A stretch of 63,510 nt of DNA, counting the filler. It is 6 parts of 6 records of this genome, joined end to end, with 100 filler letters (N's around TTAATTAATTAA, not from the genome) between each part and the next. Parts side by side here need not be neighbours in the genome. Positions count along the whole stretch, not along the records: positions 14,330 to 43,505 come from SRR31156797_45675; positions 43,606 to 51,468 come from SRR31156797_45737; 4 more parts are not named here. One strand, 5' to 3'. Every line of letters begins with the position of its first letter. The stretch's first letter is position 1. Under the pieces are notes generated by a model that saw only the letters and a program-made list of their open reading frames with translations, searched no databases and had not been told where the DNA came from. Shown piece after piece: positions 38,272-48,728 of the stretch. The translations under genes and the position numbers were made by a program.

Positions 38272-39903
38272 CTAGGTTCCGCTCACATCACGCACCAGGC
38301 GCCCATAATTGTAAATACGGATGGCATCGCCCTGGGGGCCGTGTCCCGTGGGCCAGTCGTCGGGATCCCCCATCTTGGGGTCGCTGCGCTGGGCCCCCGC
38401 GCCGTGAACGTCCATCCACCGGCCGTTCATGTAGCCCATGGCCCTACCAAAAGCGACATATGCTGCACCGGATCCGGATATAGGGCCCATATTGGCGTGA
38501 GAGGTATTACTCCAGTAATAAGGGTAGTCGGTCTGTCCCGCTTCATTTGTAATGGAGGTCACATTAAACAATGGATCGATGGCGGCGGAGCCGGTGGCGT
38601 CGGGGGAGCGGGCGTAATCCACAATGCGCTGCAGTTCTTTGGTGTTCGGCAGGCGCCAATCGTCGTAACCCAGGTAGTTGGCTGTGTTCTGCGCTTCCAC
38701 CCAGGCGAGGACCTCTTCCCAGTTGAGTCCCGCGCCGCTGTCGTCCCGGGACCACATGAGGCCGGCTGCGTTGTCGGTAATGGTGCCGTCGCCGTTGTCC
38801 GTAAAATCGTTGCCGCCGTATCCGGCGTTGTCGCGCACATAAATGGTGAAGTACCCTTTGTTAACGGTCGGGTAACACTTGATGCGCCCGTCGGCGAAGT
38901 TGACGCCGAAAAAACATTCCTGCCCGTTCATCACCATGGCGTTATAGACCGTGCTGGTGGTCCACTGGGAGTCGATGATCCTATCGCCCGCGCTCGTGTC
39001 CCCATATGCGAAATCGAAGTAGTCGGCGTCCATAAAGGGGACCAGACCGGATGTATCGGTCCCGCCATAGCCGCTGGGATCGATGCCGGAAAACCTAATG
39101 AGCGAATAAAGCTCCTTGATGGTAGGAAGTCGCCAATCGCTGTATCCCGCAAGTTCGAAGGAATCGGCGCCGTCAACCGCCTCATCCCAGGTCATCTTGG
39201 CGCCTGGATCCTGTTGCCACATGAGACCCGTAATATTGTCGGTGACGGTGCCGTCGCCGTTGTCCGTGTAGCTTGGCGCATGAGCCGTACGCTGGGCATC
39301 CTGCCCATAAAAGGGTTCGTCCTGATCCGGGCAGGAAATGGGGCCCGAATCATCATAGCATGTGTCCTGAGCCGTATCCACCACGGGATAAGATCCGGTT
39401 TCGGTTACCACCACCTCCAAATCGCTCCAATCATAAATCATGGTGTCCAAATCCATGAAACCGTCCGCAATGGTGTCCACGCCGAAATAGAAGCGATAGG
39501 CCCCGGTCGGCAGCCCCGTCATGCGCAATACCTCCAGGGGTTCCGTCATGGTGAAAAGGGTGCCCTGGTAGGCCGGCATGAGGCTTTCCATGCCGGCTTC
39601 GCTGAAATACCATCCGGTGGGATACACATAGTAATACCATCCCATGGGCGTCTCCACCGCAATCCACCATTCGGCCGTTTCTCCGGCCTGACCACCGGCA
39701 TCCAACTGCACGGTGGCAAAGAGGGTGCTTTGGGATGTGATGGTCACTTTCCCGTCCGTATTGTTTAATTTCATATCAGGAACCGCCGAATTGGCTTCGG
39801 CATGGGTATGGAACAGCCCCAGAACCAGCAGTGTGAAAACCATTGCAACCATGGTGCTCACGGGTGAAACATGAAATGTTGCTTTTAATCCAGTCATTGT
39901 CAT
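38272..39903 (-). CDS. Exported DUF1566 (Lcl C-terminal) domain protein, two copies of the domain
   Basis: TDNGDGTVTDNITGLMW...DWRLPTIKEL and TDNGDGTITDN.AGLMW...DWRLPNTKEL; GGAGG RBS at 39903. Confidence 0.88.
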   Translation of the reverse strand: MTMTGLKATFHVSPVSTMVAMVFTLLVLGLFHTHAEANSAVPDMKLNNTDGKVTITSQSTLFATVQLDAGGQAGETAEWWIAVETPMGWYYYVYPTGWYFSEAGMESLMPAYQGTLFTMTEPLEVLRMTGLPTGAYRFYFGVDTIADGFMDLDTMIYDWSDLEVVVTETGSYPVVDTAQDTCYDDSGPISCPDQDEPFYGQDAQRTAHAPSYTDNGDGTVTDNITGLMWQQDPGAKMTWDEAVDGADSFELAGYSDWRLPTIKELYSLIRFSGIDPSGYGGTDTSGLVPFMDADYFDFAYGDTSAGDRIIDSQWTTSTVYNAMVMNGQECFFGVNFADGRIKCYPTVNKGYFTIYVRDNAGYGGNDFTDNGDGTITDNAAGLMWSRDDSGAGLNWEEVLAWVEAQNTANYLGYDDWRLPNTKELQRIVDYARSPDATGSAAIDPLFNVTSITNEAGQTDYPYYWSNTSHANMGPISGSGAAYVAFGRAMGYMNGRWMDVHGAGAQRSDPKMGDPDDWPTGHGPQGDAIRIYNYGRLVRDVSGT

Positions 39904-39994
39904 ACCTCCGGTTTTATGCAAGAATTTTGAGTTTGGGCATATCCCGTGCACCAAGGATGGCCGGGAAAGGAAGTTTACCGCAAGCTTTGACATT

Positions 39995-40062
39995 AACTTA
40001 ACATTCGTCCGTAAAGTCTTTATAAGGGGTTTTTCAGGGTTTTGTAAATGTTTTGTAAAAAT
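39995..40062 (-). promoter_or_regulatory. Promoter with five 11-bp-phased half-sites, copy 2
   Basis: Aligns without gaps to 33088-33140; extended -10 TGtTAAGTT at the same spacing. Confidence 0.7.
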
Positions 40063-40119
40063 AGTTCTCAAAAGGAGGACTTATGGGTTATTCTGCATTT
40101 AATCGCCAGGAGGGAGACC

Positions 40120-40833
40120 ATGACCAGCGGTGAAAACATACTGATTATTGATGATGACGAGAAACTCTGCCGGCTGGTACGGGAGTACCTGGGCGCAATG
40201 GGGTATAACGTGGAAAGCGCCCATACCGGGACAGAGGGCCTGGAAATGGCAATGGGTGGTGATTTTCATGCCGTCATCCTGGACGTCATGTTGCCGGAAA
40301 TGGACGGGTTCGAGGTGCTCAGGAAATTACGGATCCAGTCCCCTGTGCCGGTCTTGATGTTGACATCGAGGGGTGATGAAACCGACCGGATTGTGGGGCT
40401 TGAAATCGGCGCCGACGACTATCTGCCCAAGACTTTCTCCACCCGTGAACTGTTGGCCCGCCTTCGGGCGGTGATCCGGCGGTCCCACATGACCATTGCC
40501 CCCGGGGAGGATATGGGAAAGGGTATGGGATTCGGGGATCTCAGGCTGGATGAGGATGCCTACGAGGTTTTTCTCGAGGGGAAACGTCTCGATCTCACGC
40601 CCATCGAATACCAACTCCTGGTGCGGCTGGCAAAAGCGAAGGGAAGAGCCCTGACCCGGGAACAACTCCTGGATGCGGTGACGGACCGGAATTTTGACGT
40701 TTTTGACCGGTCCATTGACATGCATATTTCCTCTTTACGCGGAAAGCTGGGTGATGATCCCAAAAACCCGCGGTTCATCCGAACGGTGCGCGGTGTGGGA
40801 TATCTGTTCATCCCCTCTTTGAGCGAGACGTGA
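40120..40833 (+). CDS. OmpR/CpxR-family response regulator
   Basis: LDVMLP; GLEIGADDYLPK; DRSIDMHISSLR; TVRGVGY. Confidence 0.93.
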   Translation: MTSGENILIIDDDEKLCRLVREYLGAMGYNVESAHTGTEGLEMAMGGDFHAVILDVMLPEMDGFEVLRKLRIQSPVPVLMLTSRGDETDRIVGLEIGADDYLPKTFSTRELLARLRAVIRRSHMTIAPGEDMGKGMGFGDLRLDEDAYEVFLEGKRLDLTPIEYQLLVRLAKAKGRALTREQLLDAVTDRNFDVFDRSIDMHISSLRGKLGDDPKNPRFIRTVRGVGYLFIPSLSET

Positions 40834-42404
40834 CCATGAACCCGAGGCGTTCCCTTTTTCTGAAAATTCTCCTCTGGTTCTTCATGAGCCTGCTCCTGCT
40901 GGTCGTGATTTTAGCGGGGATTTTCAACCTGGATTTCCATTTGCGGCCCGATTCGGCGTTGATCACCGGTCTTGGCGGTCAGGGAAAGGCTGTGGGGCGG
41001 GTGATCCTTCGGGAACTCTATGATTCCAGCTACTATGAGTGGGGGGCGATCCTTGAGCGGTTCGGAAAGGCCTATGATATGGAATTCCTCCTCTGTCATC
41101 CGAATGGACGAATTCTGGTGGGCCCCAACCGCGCGCTTCCAGCCAGGGTCATCGATGCCCTGGGCCGTGTTGAAAAAGATCCGGCGAGGGTTTCACAACC
41201 CCGGCCCCATCCCCCATCCGGTCTCAACCAACGGCGCGGGCGACCGCCATCCATTGCCCCAAGAGAAGGGGCCGGCCGCCCCCCCTTTCGACTGCTTCCC
41301 CTGCCCCCGCCCGAAAGGCTCCGTTTCACCTACCTGTTGCGGACCTCGGACCCCACCCGTTACTGGGCCTACGTGACCTTTCCCTTTCATGGACGACGGG
41401 AAAGGCCGCCGGAGAACCTTTTCCTTTTGGCCGCGTCCCCGTCCATCACCGGGAACGGGCTCTTCTTTAATCCCCTGCCGTGGTTGTTGCTGGCGGGATT
41501 TGTGCTGGCCACCTCAATCCTTTTGTGGATCCCCCTGGTTAAAAACATCACCCGCCCCATCGGACGCATCACACGGGCCGCCGAAAAAATCGCCCGCGGC
41601 AATTTCAACGTTCATGTTGATGACAAAAGGGCCGATGAGATCGGCAGGCTTGGCGCGGCCATCAATCACATGTCCGGCCAGCTGGAAAATCTGGTCATGG
41701 GCCAAAAACGGTTTTTGGGAGACGTGGCACACGAACTGGCCTCGCCCATTGCGCGAATGAACCTGGGGTTGGGCATCCTGGAACAGCGGTTGAAGGGCCA
41801 AGATCTGGGGCGCCTGGAGGATATCGCCGAGGAAGTCCGGCATATGTCCAACCTGATCAACGAACTGCTGTCCTTCACCCGGGCCGAAATAGGCCCTGAA
41901 AGGCTGGAAGCAAAATCCGTTTTGTTGGCACCCATCATAACGGCCATCATTGATCAGGAAGGGGCGGCAGGGGTGAAGATCCTTAACCGTGCCACCGAAA
42001 ACATTTCCGTATGGGCCGTTGACAGCCTGCTTCGCCGGGCTCTTTCAAACGTTTTGAGAAACGCCGTCCGATACGCAAGCAGCGCGGGACCCATTGAAAT
42101 CACGGCACATGGGGAAGGCGACAAAGTCCTTGTTGCGGTGATTGACCAGGGTGGCGGCGTACCCGAGAGCGCCATAGGGCATCTGTTCGAACCCTTTTTC
42201 CGGACGGATGCCGCAAGAAACAACAAGCGTGGCGGCGTGGGGCTGGGACTTGCCATCGTCCAAACCTGTGTGCGGGCATGCAAGGGAACCGTGTTCGCCA
42301 AGAACCTCAAACCCAGAGGGTTTTCCGTCACCGTGGTGCTTTTTGCAACCAAACCTCAAACACCGGGAAAAAAGAACCGGGAAAATTTTGACATGCCATC
42401 ATGA
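40830..42404 (+). CDS. HAMP sensor histidine kinase (CpxA-like)
   Basis: Two TMs; DVAHELASP; DQGGGV; GVGLGL; Pro/Arg-rich extracytoplasmic insert. Confidence 0.92.
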   Translation: MTMNPRRSLFLKILLWFFMSLLLLVVILAGIFNLDFHLRPDSALITGLGGQGKAVGRVILRELYDSSYYEWGAILERFGKAYDMEFLLCHPNGRILVGPNRALPARVIDALGRVEKDPARVSQPRPHPPSGLNQRRGRPPSIAPREGAGRPPFRLLPLPPPERLRFTYLLRTSDPTRYWAYVTFPFHGRRERPPENLFLLAASPSITGNGLFFNPLPWLLLAGFVLATSILLWIPLVKNITRPIGRITRAAEKIARGNFNVHVDDKRADEIGRLGAAINHMSGQLENLVMGQKRFLGDVAHELASPIARMNLGLGILEQRLKGQDLGRLEDIAEEVRHMSNLINELLSFTRAEIGPERLEAKSVLLAPIITAIIDQEGAAGVKILNRATENISVWAVDSLLRRALSNVLRNAVRYASSAGPIEITAHGEGDKVLVAVIDQGGGVPESAIGHLFEPFFRTDAARNNKRGGVGLGLAIVQTCVRACKGTVFAKNLKPRGFSVTVVLFATKPQTPGKKNRENFDMPS

Positions 42405-42419
42405 CAACCGGTTTTTCCA

Positions 42420-43505
42420 TCACGATTTTCTGCCGAAGGCCTGTTTCGCCAACTCACGTTTTCTGGGTCTGAAGGTGTTGTCCCGCTTTTCCCGTTCAAC
42501 CACTCTCTGAAGCACTTTGAACATTTTCATTTGTTGGCTTTCATCCTTATAAAAGGTGTCCCAGGCGCCATAGAAGAGTTCCTGCAGCCTCTCGGGCGAC
42601 ATGTGCTCGGGGTGATAGACGACCCGGTCCGCCGAATAATCATTCCAGTTATAGGAAAAGATGCGTTCCTGTTTTTTCAAATCCTGAAACGCCTTGGTGT
42701 GGGGAAATGGGGTGAGTACCGTGAACTCAGCCAGGTCCAGATCGATCTCCAGGAGAAAATCGACGAGCTTTCGAATATAATCTTCCGTGTGATGGTCCAG
42801 GCCCAAAAGGATGGTCCCTTCCACCAAAATGCCGTGATCATGGTATCGCCTGATCCGGTCCCGGATGTAGTGGGAGGTATCAAAAACCGCCTGATACACA
42901 TACCAGGCCCCGGCCCGGGCCGCCAGATCCAGGACTTCCGGCTTATCTTCAATGGGGTGGCTGCACCATTTCTTCTTGAGGGGGATCATCTCCCGAAAAA
43001 GATCCATCTCCCATCGGGTGTCCTGGGCCAGTGAGTTATCCACAATAAACAAGCGGTTGTTGTCGATGCTTTCCATTTCGGCGATGGCCTTTTCAATGGG
43101 GCGGGGCCTGAACACCTGTCCTCCCAGATAGGCCACGGCGCAGGGGTAGCAATGGAAGCGACATCCCCTGGAGGCATGAACCAAATCCACCATCTGGACA
43201 CCCCTGTAATTGTAAAGGGTCCGATTCAGGATATCCCGCCGTGCGGTTCCCACCATTTCAATGGGGGGACGATCATTGAGGTAGTCATAAAGAGGCTGCA
43301 GGGCTCCTTTTGAAAAATCCGAGATGACCTTTTCCATGCGCCCTTCCGCTTCTCCCAGAAAAACCGCATCTCCGTGCTGCAGGGTTTCCTCCGCATGCAG
43401 CATGGTGGCGATACCGCCGAATATGACCTTAACACCCCTTTTTCGGTAGGCATCGGCAATCTCCCAGCCCCTTTTCACCTGGATGGTCAGCATCATGGAG
43501 ATACC
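42420..43505 (-). CDS. B12-binding radical SAM protein, 5' truncated by contig end
   Basis: VIFGG...GEAE; SRGCRFHCYPC; LTPFPHT. Confidence 0.88.
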   Translation of the reverse strand, partial: GISMMLTIQVKRGWEIADAYRKRGVKVIFGGIATMLHAEETLQHGDAVFLGEAEGRMEKVISDFSKGALQPLYDYLNDRPPIEMVGTARRDILNRTLYNYRGVQMVDLVHASRGCRFHCYPCAVAYLGGQVFRPRPIEKAIAEMESIDNNRLFIVDNSLAQDTRWEMDLFREMIPLKKKWCSHPIEDKPEVLDLAARAGAWYVYQAVFDTSHYIRDRIRRYHDHGILVEGTILLGLDHHTEDYIRKLVDFLLEIDLDLAEFTVLTPFPHTKAFQDLKKQERIFSYNWNDYSADRVVYHPEHMSPERLQELFYGAWDTFYKDESQQMKMFKVLQRVVEREKRDNTFRPRKRELAKQAFGRKS

Positions 43506-43605
43506 NNNNNNNNNNNNNNNNNNNNNNNNNNNNNNNNNNNNNNNNNNNNTTAATTAATTAANNNNNNNNNNNNNNNNNNNNNNNNNNNNNNNNNNNNNNN
43601 NNNNN
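43506..43605. other. Artificial contig spacer
   Basis: N-TTAATTAATTAA-N; GC content drops sharply after it. Confidence 0.98.
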
Positions 43606-45549
43606 CCATTGGTGAGCAATATTTCCAAGCATCTCTCCCATTGCAGCAAGCTTACTTTGATGAACTAAAATTCTATCTTTTTCTATATTCTTTGCAACCT
43701 CTTGATTGATTTTCTCTTTTAATTCAACTTCTGTTAATTTCATTTGAGTTATATCATTTACATAACCATAAAGATGAGTAATATTTCCAAAATCATCTTT
43801 TAGGAAGATTGTTCTGTTAAAAACCCATCTGATTTCTCCATTTTTATCCTGTACTCTATGTATTTTTGTAAATGATTTTGCATCAGCATTAATTGCCTCT
43901 TTTAAATCTTTATGCAAACTTGAAACATCATCTTTATATACAAAATCAAAATATTTAACTTTTTGATTTTCAAAATCACTTACAGAATATCCATATGAAC
44001 TTATAGATTTTGATAAATATTCTACTGTTAAGTTATCATCATTTTTCCATTTAAAGATTACTATTCTTCCATACTCAACTAAAAGGTCAACATATTGAAG
44101 CTCTTTTGTTAATTTCTTTCTTTGATCAATATCCATAGACATCATAAGCATTCGTTTATGATATTTTTTCTCAAAGGCTTTACCTCTTACTAAAATCCAT
44201 TTATATTTATTCTTTTTATCTTTGATTCTATATTCACAAACAAAGTGTTCTGTCTGACCACAAATATGAGCATCAAATGCTTTTCTTACCTTTTTTACAT
44301 CATCTGCATGAATTAAAGAAAACCACTCTTCAAGAGTATTTATATCTCCATCTTCATATCCAAACATATCTAACCATTTTTTTGAAAAATAGATATTATT
44401 TGTTTTTAAATCAATATCCCACAAGCCATCATTTGAGGCAATAATTGCAAGTTCATATCTATCTTTCCATTTTTTATACATACTATTTCTTGTTTCAAGT
44501 CTTTTGTTATATCTATGGAAGATTTTATTAATAAACTTTGCAAAAAGTGAAGAAGCAACTACCCAAAAAAGTGCTATTAGTACAATAATTGCAATTGAGA
44601 CAGATAGCTTAGAGTTATAATCAAACTTTACTTTTTTGATTTTTGAAATAAGAGAATTACTTTTTACTGAGACTAGAAAATTGTATTTATTAAAGTTATA
44701 GGTTTCAATATTTTTTAAATCTGCATCTTTTTCTGAGTATTTTTTTAAAACAATATTTGAACTGTTTAATCTATCTTTTTCTAAAATATATTTTGCATCA
44801 AGTTTTTGACCCTTGTTATAATAGTTAAACACATAACCATGATTATAATCATAAAACCAAAAATAGCTGTCATTATAATATTTACTTTTTTTTACAATTG
44901 AATCTTGAATAACTTTTCTTGTTGTATCTTTCATATCATCGACTTTTGAAAAAGCACCTATATAAAGACCTTTATTTTCTAAAAGTTTAAAATAACTTAA
45001 TCTAATCTTTTGTTTTTTATTGTCAATCCAATATATCAAGTTATCAACACCTATGTATGAAATATTTCTCAACATATGGTGCCTAAAGTTTTTTGCTTCT
45101 AAACTTGAATCAGTGATTATTTTCAGATAATCAATTATTCTAGTACCATAAAAAATCTCATCAGAATCCTCTTTGAAGAGTACAAAATTAAACCCACTTT
45201 GCTTTTCTAAATCGCGAATCTTATTTTTTATGAGTGAGATATTTAAATCTTTTGAAAAATGAATAAAACCATATAAAGAAACTACTGCTTCTTTCAGAGA
45301 TGACTCTTCATTATCAAAAGATGAACTTGCATTGAATTTTATATCACTAACAAATTGGTTTAAAACTTTTTCTTTATAGAAGTTATCCTCTTGGGTTAAA
45401 AAAGAGATTTCATTGTTTTTTTTCACTTCTAAAATGAATACTGTTACTATTATTGAAATTATTGAGGTTACTAAAAAGAAAATAAGAGGGGTGAAGATTA
45501 GGTGTTTTTTTATATCTGAAAGGGTGTAAAATTTTCTTTTTTTAATCAT
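43606..45549 (-). CDS. Membrane PAS-domain sensor histidine kinase, 3' truncated
   Basis: Two TMs; SNDGLWD/IHADD PAS; SKLAAMGEMLGNIAHQW H-box. Confidence 0.88.
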
Positions 45550-46270
45550 GATAATACACCTTTGCAAGATACAGTCCATAGGGGGAAGCTGGAACTTTAA
45601 AAGGTCTCTTTTTTCTTTCTAGCTGTAGTTTTAAATCCTCTAAACTCAAAGAACCATCCCCAACAGCAAGTAAACTTCCAACCATAAGTCTTATTTGTGA
45701 TCGTAAGTAAGAGTTTGCAGTAAATTTGAAAATGTAAAAGTCTCTATATTTATAAAACTTTACATCAAAAACTTCCCTTACAGTATTCTCTTTATCACTT
45801 CCTGTTTTATGAAAATATTCAAAATCGTGTTCCCCTAGAAAAACTTTGTAAGCTTCTTTTACTTTATCTCCATCAAAATCTTTTTTATAAGAGATATATT
45901 TTCTATTAAATACACTTGGTTGTTTTTTTGAAACAATATATCTGTAAACTCTTTTTTTAGCATGAAATCTTGAATGAAACTCATCATGAACTTTACAAAT
46001 AGATTTTACACTTATTGATATAGGAAGGTGTCTATTTAAAACATCTTTTAACTTATCTAAATTTTGCCAATATGTAGGAAGTTTTGCATTGAACACTTGT
46101 CCTGTAGCGTGAACATCTTTATCTGTTCTTCCACTAAGTACAATTTTTGTATCTATATTTAATTCACTAAAAGCTTTCAAGAAAGCATCTTCAACACTCA
46201 ATCCATTTGGTTGTCTTTGGCTTCCTTGAAAACATGTTCCATCATAAGATATTACAAATTTTGCATTCAT
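45542..46270 (-). CDS. truA: tRNA pseudouridine(38-40) synthase
   Basis: ISYDGT; SGRTDKDVHATGQ; GLYL. Confidence 0.96.
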   Translation of the reverse strand: MNAKFVISYDGTCFQGSQRQPNGLSVEDAFLKAFSELNIDTKIVLSGRTDKDVHATGQVFNAKLPTYWQNLDKLKDVLNRHLPISISVKSICKVHDEFHSRFHAKKRVYRYIVSKKQPSVFNRKYISYKKDFDGDKVKEAYKVFLGEHDFEYFHKTGSDKENTVREVFDVKFYKYRDFYIFKFTANSYLRSQIRLMVGSLLAVGDGSLSLEDLKLQLERKKRPFKVPASPYGLYLAKVYYHD

Positions 46271-46271
46271 A

Positions 46272-47291
46272 TTAGTACTGCTTTTTTACACTTCTTGTAT
46301 ATAAAATATATGTAAGGATAAACCATGCTATTGGTAATGCATATATTGAGTGTAATAATATTGCTTTACTTAAATAACTTGTTAAAGAGTAGTAAATTAC
46401 AATAAATACAGCACTCCATTGAATAGCTTTACTCTTCTCATATCTTGGATTGTAATATCCAAATACAACTACTAGAAATAGTGAGATTAAAGGGAATAAT
46501 GAAAATAAAATATAATAAGAGAATTTATCTACTTGAGAGCCTCGAGCTAAATTTGTTTTCCAATAGTTTAAAGAATCAGTAAAATCTCTAATAATATTTT
46601 TATTTGATAAACTGTTATTTATAATCATCTCAGAATAATTGATTTGATTAAACTCTTCATCTTGGATGTGAAAAGATTTTCCATCACTAAGTTTAAAACT
46701 TAAAGAACCATCTTTATTATCTAAAACAGCCTTTTTTGCCAAAATAAACTGCTCTTGGTTTTCATCTGTTTGAAGTAACTTCACATCATAATAGTTTTTA
46801 CCCTCTTTTTTATCAATAAAAATATGCCAATCACCAAAGTTTTGCCCAAACTCAGATGCTTTAATATTGAAGTTTGCTTCATTTTTCTTTTTTTCTAGAA
46901 ATATCTCATTTTCATATTGTGCTTTTGGAATAAGTCCTAAAGATATTACTAATAAAGCTATTGATATTAAAAATGTCACAGGGAAAAATACTTTTAATAT
47001 TTTTAATGGTTTTAAACCTAAAGATGTAATAACAATAAGTTCATATTCACTTGATAACTTAGATAATGTTATAGCTAATGATATAAAAAAAGTTACTGGT
47101 AATGTATAAACTAAAATTGAAGGAACAACATACATATATAATCTAAAAAGTTCAAATATATTGATATTTATTACAGATGTTAAAGATGCAATCTTTACTA
47201 AAAAAACGATTGATGTGATAAAATAAAGTCCTAAAAATATTGGGAAAAAAGTGTTACCCAATTGATTATATAAATACTCTTTTAATTTCAA
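46272..47291 (-). CDS. LptF/LptG-family LPS export permease
   Basis: Six-TM layout; LSSEYELIVITSLG; conserved Campylobacterota gene order. Confidence 0.85.
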   Translation of the reverse strand: MKLKEYLYNQLGNTFFPIFLGLYFITSIVFLVKIASLTSVININIFELFRLYMYVVPSILVYTLPVTFFISLAITLSKLSSEYELIVITSLGLKPLKILKVFFPVTFLISIALLVISLGLIPKAQYENEIFLEKKKNEANFNIKASEFGQNFGDWHIFIDKKEGKNYYDVKLLQTDENQEQFILAKKAVLDNKDGSLSFKLSDGKSFHIQDEEFNQINYSEMIINNSLSNKNIIRDFTDSLNYWKTNLARGSQVDKFSYYILFSLFPLISLFLVVVFGYYNPRYEKSKAIQWSAVFIVIYYSLTSYLSKAILLHSIYALPIAWFILTYILYTRSVKKQY

Positions 47292-48049
47292 TTAAAAACC
47301 TTTGATATATGAATAAAATATTCAACAATAAAACCTAATACTAAATATGGAATAAATGGTGTTTGAATATCTTTTTTTCTAATATTAAAATAAATAGATG
47401 GTATTATAGCAAAAAGTGATGATAAAAATATAGCTATTAGTGCACCTTTTAAACCAAGTATTGCTCCTATTGCTGCAAGAACAGGAATATCACCCTCACC
47501 TAAGGCTTCTTGCTCTTTTAAAGAGTCATCTTTTAGTATTCTTGCTTTTATATTTTGAATATAAAATGTGATTATAAAATTTAAAAGTACAAAGGCTCCA
47601 GCTACAATAAAGGCATCTCTAAAAGCATCAACTAAAGTGTTTCTTGTCAAGAAGAAAGAACAAACTAGTACTATTAACAACAGATAATCAGGAACTGCTT
47701 TGTATTCAAAGTCTATAAAAGACAGAACAATTAAAGTATAAAAGAATACTAAAGATAGAAAAAACTCTAATGTTATTCCTAGTTTTAAAAATAAAAAAAG
47801 AGTTAAAACTGCACTAATTATTTCAACTATAGGATATACAATTGATATTTTTTCTTTACAATATGCACATTTACCTTTTAAAAACAAATATGAAAATATT
47901 GGTACATTATAGTACCAAGCTATTGTTGTATTACATTTAGGACAAGAGCTTCTAGGTTTAACAACTGAGATATTTTGGGGTAATCTTTTAATTAGAACAT
48001 TTAAAAAAGAACCAAAAATTGCTCCAAAGATAAAACTAAAGAGCGCCAA
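47288..48049 (-). CDS. A24 prepilin peptidase
   Basis: GSFLNV; CPKC; CAYC; GEGD; PFIPYL. Confidence 0.92.
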   Translation of the reverse strand: MALFSFIFGAIFGSFLNVLIKRLPQNISVVKPRSSCPKCNTTIAWYYNVPIFSYLFLKGKCAYCKEKISIVYPIVEIISAVLTLFLFLKLGITLEFFLSLVFFYTLIVLSFIDFEYKAVPDYLLLIVLVCSFFLTRNTLVDAFRDAFIVAGAFVLLNFIITFYIQNIKARILKDDSLKEQEALGEGDIPVLAAIGAILGLKGALIAIFLSSLFAIIPSIYFNIRKKDIQTPFIPYLVLGFIVEYFIHISKVFN

Positions 48050-48728
48050 ATCGTCTCTCTCTTAAATTGAAATCACTAATTAAATCATCTAAATCTTGTA
48101 TAGTAAATTCAGGCCAATATGTATCAGTAAAAAAAAGTTCGGCATAAGCATTTTGCCATAATAAGTAGTTAGATAATCTAATCTCACCACTAGTTCGTAT
48201 CAACATATCTACATCTGGCATACCATTTGTATCAAGGCAAGCTTCAAAATTCTCTTTTGTAACTTCAAGGTTTTCTTCATTTAACTTTTTTACTGCTCTT
48301 AAAATCTCATCTTGAGAGCCATAATTCAATGCTAATACTTGTGTTAGATTTTCACCCTTAGAAGTTTTTTCTTCTGTTTCTTTTATAGCTTTTTGTAATG
48401 AACTTGAAAACTTTGATAAGTCACCAATTGCTTTAAATTTTGTTCCATTCTCTAAATAGTTTGGTAACTCTTTTTTTAAATGTTTTTCCAAAAGCTTCAT
48501 TAGAAACTCTACTTCAAGTTTTGGTCTATTCCAATTTTCTGTAGAAAAAGCATATAGAGTCAAATATTCAACTCCAATAGTTGCACAATGTTTAGTAATC
48601 TCTCTTACTGTTTTTGCTCCCTCTTCATGCCCTGCAGTTCTTTTTAAGCCACGCTCTTTTGCCCATCTTCCATTTCCATCCATAATAATGGCAATATGCT
48701 TAGGTATTTTTGTGTTAGCTTCCTGCAA
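48036..48728 (-). CDS. uppS: Undecaprenyl diphosphate synthase
   Basis: IMDGNGRWA; FSTENW; RTSGEIRLSNYLLWQ. Confidence 0.97.
   Translation of the reverse strand: MQEANTKIPKHIAIIMDGNGRWAKERGLKRTAGHEEGAKTVREITKHCATIGVEYLTLYAFSTENWNRPKLEVEFLMKLLEKHLKKELPNYLENGTKFKAIGDLSKFSSSLQKAIKETEEKTSKGENLTQVLALNYGSQDEILRAVKKLNEENLEVTKENFEACLDTNGMPDVDMLIRTSGEIRLSNYLLWQNAYAELFFTDTYWPEFTIQDLDDLISDFNLRERRFGAL

Noticed and set aside
38257-39768. 503-aa plus-strand ORF and other long antisense ORFs (14330-15319, 19798-20988, 10738-11574, 4653-5429)
   Set aside because: They are shadow frames opposite well-supported genes and carry no motifs
42420-43505. Radical SAM protein as the sulfatase maturase anSME or a RiPP enzyme for the repeat peptide
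   Set aside because: It has a B12-binding N-terminus and no SPASM Cys cluster, and it lies more than 20 kb from those genes
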